Shown here: positions 47,503 through 56,062 of the stretch, piece by piece
How positions within the stretch are numbered: the stretch's first letter is position 1
Layout: each line of letters opens with the position of its first letter
Virus record (IMG/VR): IMGVR_UViG_3300027710_000011
Span: 1 to 64,000 of that record
DNA: 64,000 nucleotides
Strand: one strand, 5' to 3'
Made by a program: the position numbers and the translations under genes
Notes under the pieces: model-generated
Databases searched by the model: none
The model's input: only the letters and a program-made list of their open reading frames with translations
What the model was told of the DNA's origin: nothing

Positions 47503-47513
47503 ATTGTACGAAA

Positions 47514-48218
47514 ATGGGCACTTCACAATCTATCGAAGTTACAGCTGCGATGAAAAGTCCACGGAAGTCTCGCACTGAGCAAGAGATCATCAAGATTTTT
47601 GATTCTGAGTTGCAGTTGTTCAATCATAGCCGGAACATTGTGAAGGCCAGTCGTATTGGTTCTAAGAATCAAAGCGTCTGTGAAGATGTTCGTGAGCTGA
47701 AGATGGATTTCTTGATTAAAGAGATCAAGAAAGTCATTGGACCGATTGGTAAGCTCAGTGGCGAACGACGAGCGGCTGCCGAAGTGATGGCGTGTGAAAG
47801 CTATTACTTGATTCTGGAAGGGTTGACGCAACTCCATCCAAGCGAGCAGTACGTCAAGAACCTAATGCTCAAGGCATGGGAAGCTGTTCGAGACAACAAG
47901 GGCATTGGTTACTTCAGTCCATTCAACAAGACGGAAGAAGCGCTGTACTGGCTGTATCGTTTCGTGCATGACGGTAACATCCGTTTTAGCAAGTTCCATT
48001 CACACGTTCAAGCTCACTTCGCTCTTGTTGAGTATCGTCTGCGTAACGGCTGCTTGATTAACAAGTACGATCCGAAGTGGACAAAGCTTCAGGAGGATTC
48101 CAGGGTCGTCCACAAATGGGCGGGTAAAGATGGAATGAATCTCAACCCTGAAGCGTATCGTTTCAAGATTGCCGACCTGCACCGAGAAATTACGGGTCGG
48201 CTACATTCAGGCATGTAA
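47514..48218 (+). CDS. hypothetical protein (234 aa)
   Basis: ORF track; no recognisable motif. Confidence 0.65.
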   Translation: MGTSQSIEVTAAMKSPRKSRTEQEIIKIFDSELQLFNHSRNIVKASRIGSKNQSVCEDVRELKMDFLIKEIKKVIGPIGKLSGERRAAAEVMACESYYLILEGLTQLHPSEQYVKNLMLKAWEAVRDNKGIGYFSPFNKTEEALYWLYRFVHDGNIRFSKFHSHVQAHFALVEYRLRNGCLINKYDPKWTKLQEDSRVVHKWAGKDGMNLNPEAYRFKIADLHREITGRLHSGM

Positions 48219-48230
48219 AAAGGATTTCAC

Positions 48231-48920
48231 ATGTTTAAAGATTTACAACCTCAGCCTAACCAATCCCACTTGGCTTGGCTGCTCCCGTTCCAAAAGGCCC
48301 AGGAGATCCATGATCGCCTGTACTGCCGCGATGTGGCATGTATGGCACCCACAGACCGTGCTGTGTTTCTGACAATGTTGCTAGCCAAGTACATTAGCAA
48401 CATTCAAGCAGACATGTACACGTCCAATAACGGCATCACTACTGGCAAGCGTGTCACTGACATCTTGATCACCACAACCTCTTTGCTGACTGCATTGGGC
48501 GTGAGCATTCAAGAGCGTTTGGAAAAACTCAACGTTCCTTCACACGTGAATGGTGAGCAGGCCCTGATGCAATGGTTGAGCAACAACTACGTTTTTGACA
48601 TGGGTCCTACCACGGCTTCTGTCAGCGATGTTTACGATCGCAATATGCAGTACATGGTGGCAATGCCTGTTCAGCTCTACAAGGCTATTGACGCGGCTGA
48701 AAACACCAAGCTGATGCAGACGGCAAGTAACTCTCGCTCAGTACTTGTGAACGCCGCCATGCACTTATGGGTTCAGGCTGTGATCTCTCATACACGCCAT
48801 CGCCATACGTCGTTCATTTACGACATGACGGAACGATTGCATGAAGTGGAGTTGAAGTCAATTCACTCCCAATCATTCGGTCTGTTCCCGAATTACTCGT
48901 TGGACAGTTTGTACCGGTGA
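48231..48920 (+). CDS. hypothetical protein, possibly all-alpha NTP pyrophosphohydrolase-like
   Basis: AAGGA SD. The Q..HDRLY...LAKY...VTDILI helical pattern is only a weak resemblance. Confidence 0.55.
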   Translation: MFKDLQPQPNQSHLAWLLPFQKAQEIHDRLYCRDVACMAPTDRAVFLTMLLAKYISNIQADMYTSNNGITTGKRVTDILITTTSLLTALGVSIQERLEKLNVPSHVNGEQALMQWLSNNYVFDMGPTTASVSDVYDRNMQYMVAMPVQLYKAIDAAENTKLMQTASNSRSVLVNAAMHLWVQAVISHTRHRHTSFIYDMTERLHEVELKSIHSQSFGLFPNYSLDSLYR

Positions 48921-48951
48921 TAAAGAGAGGACTTCGGTCCTCCCTTTATGC
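48920..48951 (+). terminator. hairpin + TTTATG terminator
   Basis: AAAGAGAGGAC-TTCG-GTCCTCCCTTTATG. Confidence 0.8.
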
Positions 48952-49033
48952 CGTCAAATAAACAAAAAATAAAAGACAGAATAACACCCCTGACAGGCTT
49001 TCGCACTGTCAGGGGATTACGTACTGATGGGAA

Positions 49034-50209
49034 TTACTTGTTCAGCTTGTCCAGGATCAGGACGAGAGTCTTGGTGAGACTCTTGTTCGTTTCCAGGAGT
49101 TCAGCGTTAACCTTGCGGGTTTCACGAACTTCACGTTGCACAGCTTGGTTGAAACTGTGAACGGTTTCCAATTTCTGGTGGAGTTCGCGATTGTCAACGA
49201 CAAGTGCTTCGATCATTTCAGTCAGGTGATCAACACGACCTTCGTTGTGATCACCTTGGCTTTCGATCTCTTGCAACTGACGCTGAGTGTCACGATTTCC
49301 GACCGCGATCGCATCCAACACTTGCGAGTGAAGGCTGTATGCGTTATCACGCGGCGCACGGTCATGGTTAGTGCCGTACTGATTGGTAGGCTTTTCGGCC
49401 TTGTTCTTCTTTACTTCTTTTTCTTTGACCTCAACCTTAGGTTTGGTCTTGGTCTTGGTTTCAGGCTGAGGTTCGGGCACCACGTCGTAAACAAGCGGAC
49501 CGCCAATGTCGGCCAGCTTGAGAACCAACTCAGCACTCATCTGTCCAACCAGACGATACTTCATCACCGCCTTTTCGCCTTCGATCTGATACGAGATAGA
49601 GATCAGCCCACTGACAATGGGGCCGGTCGCTTTCTTCGCATTCGTGATCAAACGGCTGCCGACAGAGATGTAACGCAGGCCCTTGGTCAGGAGCGTTGTC
49701 ACATCGCCAACTTGTGCGATGTAGTCGCGCAGTTTGGCCAAGTTCTTCATATCGCCTTCATCGCGAATCGCAGTATTGTCACCGACGGAGTCAAGAACGG
49801 TGAGGAATTCGTGCGTTTCTTCGGCGAGCAGCTCGATCACTGCTTTGGTTTCTTCGACACCGATAGGGGAACCGGAAGTGAAGTTGCCGTGTTTATGAAG
49901 CCAGTCGCTGCCTTCATTAGCGATGTAGAACTCATAGGTGTCATCGTTATTTGCACGACGATTGACAACAAGGTTCAAGCTTTCATGAGACGTAAAAGCT
50001 TTGTGGGTCGGATTGGTGGGTGCCTGAGATTCGGGTTGCTCAATCACCGGGTCGGCAGCGTCAGCGACCGCGTCGTCGCTGTTGCTTGCTTGCTGGGTGG
50101 ATGCATCAGCGACAGCTTCGGCTGGAGGCGCAATGAGTTCCGGGGTAGGAACTTGTTGTGCTTCAGCTTCGATGACAGCAGCTGCGCTTTGAGTGTTCAG
50201 ATCGTACAT
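49034..50209 (-). CDS. hypothetical protein (acidic disordered N-terminus, Lys-rich linker, C-terminal coiled coil)
   Basis: GGAG SD; 391-aa ORF. Confidence 0.75.
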   Translation of the reverse strand: MYDLNTQSAAAVIEAEAQQVPTPELIAPPAEAVADASTQQASNSDDAVADAADPVIEQPESQAPTNPTHKAFTSHESLNLVVNRRANNDDTYEFYIANEGSDWLHKHGNFTSGSPIGVEETKAVIELLAEETHEFLTVLDSVGDNTAIRDEGDMKNLAKLRDYIAQVGDVTTLLTKGLRYISVGSRLITNAKKATGPIVSGLISISYQIEGEKAVMKYRLVGQMSAELVLKLADIGGPLVYDVVPEPQPETKTKTKPKVEVKEKEVKKNKAEKPTNQYGTNHDRAPRDNAYSLHSQVLDAIAVGNRDTQRQLQEIESQGDHNEGRVDHLTEMIEALVVDNRELHQKLETVHSFNQAVQREVRETRKVNAELLETNKSLTKTLVLILDKLNK

Positions 50210-50430
50210 TCTAGTGACTCCGTTAAAATCGTATTTGTTGTTCTATTACAAATACGTCTTGTTTACCAAAGCTCGTGGGTTGTTCACAAACTTTGATCCC
50301 CTTTTTACGTGCGAATACTTACTACTGTATCTGACGTAATTCTCTTTACATTGCCTTTCGCATACTTTTTTGAGCACGCTCAGACATAGGACTTTACAAG
50401 CTGGTATTTTTTACCATCTTTCAAGGGACA

Positions 50431-51380
50431 GCATAAGGGGAGTAGGAGGCGCCCAGCCTCCTACTCCCGATAGCCGGGTCATCGCTGACCCTAAGTGTGG
50501 GTGAGCTAGGGTGGTCAACCAAAAAACCACCGTAACTCACGCCCCTTCCACACTCCTCACAATGCTGTCTGCTCCGACATTTCTATCAGGCACTGGGTCA
50601 GCTCCCCAGCTCATTGTAAGATCAGATTCGCCGAACCTGACTTTCGCTCTTGTTGAGGCTACTCCAGAACTCACCTCAGTTTAATGCTCCGCCATCTGGA
50701 TTGAGCATTTTTCTCTTACCGTATTGCGTGTACGAACCGAACAAACTCCTACAATACAATACGTGAGAAAACGGCGCACCAATGACTTCAGCGAGTCTAG
50801 TGCGCCTTCATTGAAGACGTATACTGGGGGTAGCCCAGCACACGTCGTCAACGTATGAACAGCATAGACAACGAACACTCAACTCCCCGAAAGGAGTCGA
50901 GCATTCGCTTCTATACTGTTTAATGATAATCCTAGGTCACCATCCAAGTCGCCAAGCCGTTGCGTACAGCCTGGTTTGAGCGCCCTCCACAAGAGCCAGT
51001 GTTGCTGGCAATCATGCTTTCAGGTGACTAAGGGCTATCATCGTCTAGTCCTCCGCGCTTCACAGATCTTGGGATTGTTAAGCCCGCTTTCGGGGGCGCC
51101 CTTAATCTCCACGCGATGGCGCTATCTTTCAGATAACTTGCTAGTTAAGATGTCACCTTAACTAACCTGATGCGGCATGGGTTGACAACCCACCCTAGAG
51201 CCAACTTTCGTCGGCCCCATTCAACTATCATGTGTTTACGCTTTCGCGCTATGATAGTGCCTAAGGCATCACTCTTGGCCACTGATGAATTACTCCAAGC
51301 CGGAGCCTATTCCATCAGGTGATCTTCTTCACACGATCGTCTTGCACGTAAAAACTTGCATTACAACCAGCGATTCCACG
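50431..51380 (-). ncRNA. putative ~950-nt highly structured large non-coding RNA
   Basis: Largest gene-free gap in the window. It has a promoter motif at 51384-51408, a terminator at 50432-50468, and more than 15 helices with GAAA/GCGA/UUCG loops and G-U pairs that form only on the minus strand. Confidence 0.8.
50432..50468 (-). terminator. terminator of the large ncRNA
   Basis: Minus strand GGGAGTAGGAGGC-TGGGC-GCCTCCTACTCCC-CTTATGC; same hairpin+TTATG type as the other terminators. Confidence 0.75.
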
Positions 51381-51383
51381 TTT

Positions 51384-51408
51384 GTGATATGTGGCTGTGC
51401 AAATCTAG
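51384..51408 (-). promoter_or_regulatory. early-type promoter motif driving the large ncRNA
   Basis: Minus strand CTAG-N12-ACATATCAC; the core is identical to the 42666 and 62835 copies. Confidence 0.7.
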
Positions 51409-51409
51409 A

Positions 51410-52018
51410 TTACAGCTCAAGCCACTTCTGCAGCTGATGCAATTGATATTCAGCAATTGCATCAATGTGCTCACCTTGTAATCTTTGCGCCACAATCTGT
51501 TCTGGACCAGCCATATCCAATAACCGGACAACGCTGATATAGAAGTAACTACCAAAACTCTTGCGCTGCGCTTCAGAGAAGTGACCTGATATCAACAAGA
51601 CCGCCTTGGTGTTCTTGTCGTAGAAACAACCTTCCCACAACGGAATGTCTTCCGATTCAGGAGATATGTTGTAATTGAACCACGCAGTAGCAACGTTATC
51701 GTTCTCTACGTGGATTCCTAATGAATTGTGGAATGATTCAAATAAAACCACTCCCACCCGTTGTTCATTTTGACAAGTAAGCAGGTCGTTATGACAAGTA
51801 AACAAATATTTAGTTACATCCTGAATCGCGTCTTCTCGCATCTCCGCTATAAAAACTTGTTTGTGCACGATCTGTAGTTTTGCCTTTCTGTTCTTATCAC
51901 AGCCCATTGAACGAGCTTCTTGCTTGAAGACGTCAGTCACAATGTCTTCAAGCATACTGCTAATGACTTGGCGTAATTTGCGATGTTGTATTCTGAACAT
52001 CTCTTTAAGAATTGTCAT
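51410..52018 (-). CDS. hypothetical protein (202 aa)
   Basis: AAGGAG SD; ORF track. Confidence 0.72.
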   Translation of the reverse strand: MTILKEMFRIQHRKLRQVISSMLEDIVTDVFKQEARSMGCDKNRKAKLQIVHKQVFIAEMREDAIQDVTKYLFTCHNDLLTCQNEQRVGVVLFESFHNSLGIHVENDNVATAWFNYNISPESEDIPLWEGCFYDKNTKAVLLISGHFSEAQRKSFGSYFYISVVRLLDMAGPEQIVAQRLQGEHIDAIAEYQLHQLQKWLEL

Positions 52019-52040
52019 ATCGATCTCCTTTGTGAAATAA

Positions 52041-52077
52041 ATAAAAGAGAGGAGGGGAAACCCTCCTCTCTTTATGC
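52041..52077 (-). terminator. hairpin terminator
   Basis: AAAGAGAGGAGGG-GAAA-CCCTCCTCTCTTT, overlapping the stop codon. Confidence 0.78.
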
Positions 52078-52620
52078 CGTAGCTTTTGCCTTGTCGCGAA
52101 TGTAGTTCACAGCCATGACGTGGTTCGAATTACCTGTCAACTTCAAAGTGATTCTGACAATCATGTCAATGCCGAGTTCTTCGCGCCAGTCGCACAGGAA
52201 CTTAAAGTCCTGCCGACATGTACGTCCAGCACGCCATTCGGTTCTTTGACTAACAACGCTTACACCGTGGATATCATGGAAGACATCCAGCGCTGCAACA
52301 CGTGCAGGTTCAATCCAAACCGACTTCGTAAAGGCCTCAATGAGAACTTGACAGATGTCGTAGTATTGCTTACCGAGCTCACACTCGCCGGCTCGATCAT
52401 GCGTGCGTGTATATTGCGCCCGTGTGCTGAACACAGTTGCATCATGATTGGCAGAGCCGAGTCCTTTAGAGAACACGTTCTGTTCCTCAAGGCGGCACAG
52501 TGGCAGCAACAGCGCCTTAAGGTCGAACATTTTGTTTCGAACAGTCTCAGCGTTCTTGCAATCAACGATATACGAAGCCATGGTTTTTGATCCTTTTTGG
52601 CACAATTCAATCAATGACAC
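52072..52620 (-). CDS. hypothetical protein
   Basis: ORF track; the true start may be ATG 52581 (MASY, AAGGA SD). Confidence 0.65.
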   Translation of the reverse strand: MSLIELCQKGSKTMASYIVDCKNAETVRNKMFDLKALLLPLCRLEEQNVFSKGLGSANHDATVFSTRAQYTRTHDRAGECELGKQYYDICQVLIEAFTKSVWIEPARVAALDVFHDIHGVSVVSQRTEWRAGRTCRQDFKFLCDWREELGIDMIVRITLKLTGNSNHVMAVNYIRDKAKATA

Positions 52621-53041
52621 TGATGCTCATGTGTGGCAAGTAATCATTGTTCCAATACTTGAACGTAAAATCGTCCACTTGAATTGTGCATTCTACGAAA
52701 CACTCCGAGAGGAGCGTGCCTGGGTTGAAATTATTGAGCTGCAACTTTTTGACGACATGACGTCGTTCTTTTTTGCAGTAATCGATGAACCCCTGTAACG
52801 TCCGGGGGTCAATCAATCTGAGTTTGATAAATGCAAATTCAAACTCTTTCAAACATTCCAAGAGCCTCTGACTGAAAATGTCAGTAGGAATTCTGGTTCC
52901 ATTAGGAATATCAGAATCCCAGCGTACCGTTACAGTACCCACAGGTCCGACTTGGTCTGTCAGATACTTGTGGGCTTTTATCACTTCCGACATGTGAGCG
53001 GCGAGGTGCCAATAGCGCCAGCTCAGTTCATCTTCGGACAT
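52607..53041 (-). CDS. hypothetical protein (144 aa)
   Basis: AGGGG SD; tiles with its neighbours. Confidence 0.65.
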   Translation of the reverse strand: MSEDELSWRYWHLAAHMSEVIKAHKYLTDQVGPVGTVTVRWDSDIPNGTRIPTDIFSQRLLECLKEFEFAFIKLRLIDPRTLQGFIDYCKKERRHVVKKLQLNNFNPGTLLSECFVECTIQVDDFTFKYWNNDYLPHMSISVID

Positions 53042-53056
53042 GACATCCCCCTGACT

Positions 53057-53443
53057 CTAGTCGAAATTCTCGCTGCGTATTTCCAGCATGAAATGTTTTC
53101 CAACAATTATCCACGAAGAGACATTGTCGCCGACACACACGATTGAACTTATCAAATAACCTTCGTTTTCCAAGGTTGTTCTTGACTCGGTGTCAAATTT
53201 CCCACTGAGATCAATAAGTGCTTTCTTGCTAAAGTAGCCAGCCATGTCGATATCCGTACGCAAACTGTCACCAGCTTGGAAAGAATACGGCTTGTCCAGC
53301 ATGAATGCCGCACGGTCGGATTGCGGATCCTTGTAGTACATAGAGCGACGCTCCGGATACTCCAAACGCCGATCAATCCAGCGCAACGCAGATAGCGCTG
53401 AATTAGTCGATGTCGGGAGCGCTAACTGAGGACGTGCGGACAT
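53057..53443 (-). CDS. hypothetical protein (128 aa)
   Basis: GGAG SD; tiles with its neighbours. Confidence 0.65.
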   Translation of the reverse strand: MSARPQLALPTSTNSALSALRWIDRRLEYPERRSMYYKDPQSDRAAFMLDKPYSFQAGDSLRTDIDMAGYFSKKALIDLSGKFDTESRTTLENEGYLISSIVCVGDNVSSWIIVGKHFMLEIRSENFD

Positions 53444-53446
53444 AAT

Positions 53447-53809
53447 TCATTCTCCGAACCAAAAGAAGTTCAATCCTTCGATAACGAAGAATACACCGAG
53501 TTGAGTTTCTCGCAACGTCACGGTGCAACCAAACACGTGAGTGCGATCATTGAGCAGCTTGACGATGGCGTTGGTTTTAGGCAAAGCAGCCACGCTGGTT
53601 TTCAAAATAGTGAAGCACAAAGAGTAAGGCGTCCAACGCGCCTGCAGTCTTCGCGATCCTTCCAGATTCAGCCATCCCGTAGGCTGTAGGAATTTCTTAG
53701 CGTTTTGCTCATCCGAAAAGAACTTGTCGAGCTTCTGGATCGAAGTCACGATTAAGTCTATCTCTGATTGACTAACGTTTTTTGTTATTGCTGGTTGCTG
53801 TGTGTGCAC
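53447..53809 (-). CDS. hypothetical protein (120 aa)
   Basis: GTG start with a GAGGG SD. Confidence 0.62.
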   Translation of the reverse strand: MHTQQPAITKNVSQSEIDLIVTSIQKLDKFFSDEQNAKKFLQPTGWLNLEGSRRLQARWTPYSLCFTILKTSVAALPKTNAIVKLLNDRTHVFGCTVTLRETQLGVFFVIEGLNFFWFGE

Positions 53810-53958
53810 GGTTGTTTACCCTCGGGAGTTGAGCTACTTGGTAGCTACTTTTGTTGCAGTAATAGGTTCATTACTTGCATTGGTTGCTTTCCTCTAATGG
53901 ATCCTGACGTAATGACAAATGTCGTCAGTGGCTGTCCATCATACAAAACTGATCTTCT

Positions 53959-54423
53959 TCACTCGACACTGATGGTTAGGTCAAATGTCGGTGCAGTGAT
54001 AATCAAGTAAGCTTCACCCACTATTGTACTAACGCGTGTGGGATGGTTGTTTTCGTCCAGAAATGCCTTCAGCAATCCAAGCTGTTTAGTGCTGGTGTTT
54101 TCAACCATTTTGTTGATTGCGTCAAAGACAAGAACGATGCGAAATGGATCATCTTGATCCACTTCTGTTATGTTCGGGTTGGTGACTGAATGGATGGTTA
54201 GTCCAAGATAGTCAATCCCGCGCTCATCGTTGCGATAGATTTCGCCTTGGGGTGAGTGCAGGAGTTTTCCGAATTCAACCAGGAGCTCTAAAAACTTCTT
54301 TGTGTCAACCGTAGTGGAACTCGAAGTCTTCGCTACAGATACGACCGCTGAGCCAGCCAAAACTGTCTCCTGAGCCTTTACGGATGCTGTACCCGTAGGC
54401 TTCCATTGATCTGTGGTTGGCAT
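53959..54423 (-). CDS. hypothetical protein (154 aa)
   Basis: GGGAG SD; overlaps the upstream gene by 119 nt. Confidence 0.55.
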   Translation of the reverse strand: MPTTDQWKPTGTASVKAQETVLAGSAVVSVAKTSSSTTVDTKKFLELLVEFGKLLHSPQGEIYRNDERGIDYLGLTIHSVTNPNITEVDQDDPFRIVLVFDAINKMVENTSTKQLGLLKAFLDENNHPTRVSTIVGEAYLIITAPTFDLTISVE

Positions 54424-54733
54424 AATCGCAATCTCCCTTTTCTGTTATTAAGATATTGTCAGCAATCGATGACACTGCATTGTGCAGCGCCAGAATGTGG
54501 CGGTCAGTACCTTCCGGGTACTTTTGTAAGTAATGAGGATATGGCCACGCCAACTCAGTGACTGGATCCAAGTCTTCACAACACATATCCTGGACTTGCT
54601 CGCAAATCTCAGGGACGAAAACCTTCAAACAACGATTACCTTGCGTGACACATTCAGGATTATTTGTAATGTATTTCCGAATGGCATCCAAGTACTTCAC
54701 CAGTTCAGTAACATTGTAAATTTTGTTTACCAT
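54305..54733 (-). CDS. phage hypothetical protein (GDSFGWL family)
   Basis: First gene after a promoter motif; C-terminal GY...GDSFGWLSGRI motif recalled from other phage proteins. Confidence 0.68.
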   Translation of the reverse strand: MVNKIYNVTELVKYLDAIRKYITNNPECVTQGNRCLKVFVPEICEQVQDMCCEDLDPVTELAWPYPHYLQKYPEGTDRHILALHNAVSSIADNILITEKGDCDYANHRSMEAYGYSIRKGSGDSFGWLSGRICSEDFEFHYG

Positions 54734-54779
54734 TGTTATTCCCTTGGGTTTTTTATTGCGTGTGACCTATGTACACGTC

Positions 54780-54804
54780 GTTATATGTGTTTGTATTTTT
54801 CTAC
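54780..54804 (-). promoter_or_regulatory. early-type promoter motif
   Basis: Minus strand GTAG-N12-ACATATAAC. Confidence 0.62.
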
Positions 54805-54838
54805 AATATCAACCCAATCAAATAAAAAAAGAAGTGTA

Positions 54839-54872
54839 ACTAGAGTGGGGGAACCCCACTCTAGTGTTTATG
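54839..54872 (-). terminator. hairpin terminator
   Basis: ACTAGAGTGGGG-GAA-CCCCACTCTAGT at the stop of 54868-55407. Confidence 0.7.
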
Positions 54873-55407
54873 CAGGCTGCTTTTCCTGCACTTCTTCTTT
54901 TACTTGAATCGGATACTTCAGGTCAAACTCTTTGAGCATTTCCAGCACCACGTCGTTAACAGCTTTGTAGGTTGTGACAAAGTGTTTACGATGTAAGCTA
55001 TCGTGCATGCTGATGACTTTGCAATGCATGTCCAGCATCGTAGCGTATTCAGAAGCAGTTATGCTCCAACGATTCTGACGAGGATCTTCCAACTCTGTTT
55101 GATTGCGCTCTTTGATACTTAAGCACATCTCGTAGGTTTTGTCGAAGAATTCTTGATCCGCTGGTACACAGAACTTCACCGCCATCATCTTTCCAACCAA
55201 TGCGCGGTAAAGTGCATTATGGAAATCAACGACAGACGCACCACCTGCGCCTAGCCTATGGATTGCAACGTCAATCGGTTGATGAATGCGATTGCGTTGT
55301 TCTTCACCCAGGCCGCCCACTTTCTTACCGACTACGCTAACAAAGCGTGTGGTGGGCGATGGTTTATTCGGGTTGTACTTCTTATTTGGTTTCTTATTTC
55401 CAGCCAT
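54868..55407 (-). CDS. hypothetical protein (basic N-terminus)
   Basis: MAGNKKPNKKYNP start, a helical body and tiling with its neighbours. Confidence 0.7.
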   Translation of the reverse strand: MAGNKKPNKKYNPNKPSPTTRFVSVVGKKVGGLGEEQRNRIHQPIDVAIHRLGAGGASVVDFHNALYRALVGKMMAVKFCVPADQEFFDKTYEMCLSIKERNQTELEDPRQNRWSITASEYATMLDMHCKVISMHDSLHRKHFVTTYKAVNDVVLEMLKEFDLKYPIQVKEEVQEKQPA

Positions 55408-55409
55408 GT

Positions 55410-55610
55410 TTACTCGTTTGGGGTTGGATGTCGTTTACGTACTTTGATGCAAAATGCATAAACAAGACCGGCCACGGCGGAGGTAGCGTAGACAGTCAGT
55501 AATTCTGAGAGATGGAAATGGAACAGCCAAATACCGATAGCTGTAATGGCGGCAAGAAGACCCATTCCTAGGAACAGGTTTTCCATGGTGCGGATGCGTG
55601 GTAGTTTCAT
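55410..55610 (-). CDS. small two-TM membrane protein
   Basis: Two hydrophobic helices and an ATGA overlap with the upstream gene. Confidence 0.62.
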   Translation of the reverse strand: MKLPRIRTMENLFLGMGLLAAITAIGIWLFHFHLSELLTVYATSAVAGLVYAFCIKVRKRHPTPNE

Positions 55611-56053
55611 ACGAGTGACATCAGTTGAGCAAACCGATCGCCAGATCCACCGTTCTTTTTGACGAGTTCAGGCCACTTGGTTGAGTAGGGCGCCGTTTCG
55701 TCATTGAAGGTGATATGAAAGTTGTAACGCTTGCAAGAGTACGTGAGCGTAGCTTGCAATTCGATCACACCGTTCACCATGTCGAAGTTCATCTTCAAAC
55801 CGCTGAGCAGTTCGTGTTGAACTTCGAACCCGTAGATGTCAGACAGCTGTACGGCCAGCCATTTGTACATCGACCCATATCCCGCTCGAAGCGTCATGGG
55901 CTCAACCTTGCTAGGCGCAAAGCCCGACAAGGTATTCAGACACGAACTCGCAAGTTGAGTCAGTTCTGAAAAGTACGACTTCAGGAGAGTTACCTCCTTT
56001 TTGTTTTTCACCCTTAACCGCCGTATAGCGGTGTCGACAAGTACTTGGTCCAT
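55607..56053 (-). CDS. hypothetical protein (148 aa)
   Basis: ORF track; tiles with its neighbours. Confidence 0.65.
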   Translation of the reverse strand: MDQVLVDTAIRRLRVKNKKEVTLLKSYFSELTQLASSCLNTLSGFAPSKVEPMTLRAGYGSMYKWLAVQLSDIYGFEVQHELLSGLKMNFDMVNGVIELQATLTYSCKRYNFHITFNDETAPYSTKWPELVKKNGGSGDRFAQLMSLV

Positions 56054-56062
56054 GACAGTTGT

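Noticed and set aside
50431-51380. Large RNA as tmRNA, RNase P, group I/II intron or hammerhead
   Set aside because: GGGGCCGAC sits in a local GAAA hairpin and there is no tRNA-like 3' end. The RNase P GAGGAAAGUCC motif and a group II domain V are absent. GACUA and UAGUC are too close to form a group I P7 and there are no flanking exons. CUGAUAGAAA lacks a hammerhead stem II. This was checked by eye only.
50681-51555. Small ORFs 50681-50878, 50976-51161 and 51361-51555
   Set aside because: They are short, lack a good SD, and overlap the structured RNA, its promoter or the upstream gene.
53859-53883. Seventh promoter copy (minus strand ACCTATTAC)
   Set aside because: It has a core mismatch and lacks the upstream TA element; plausible but not supported well enough to list.
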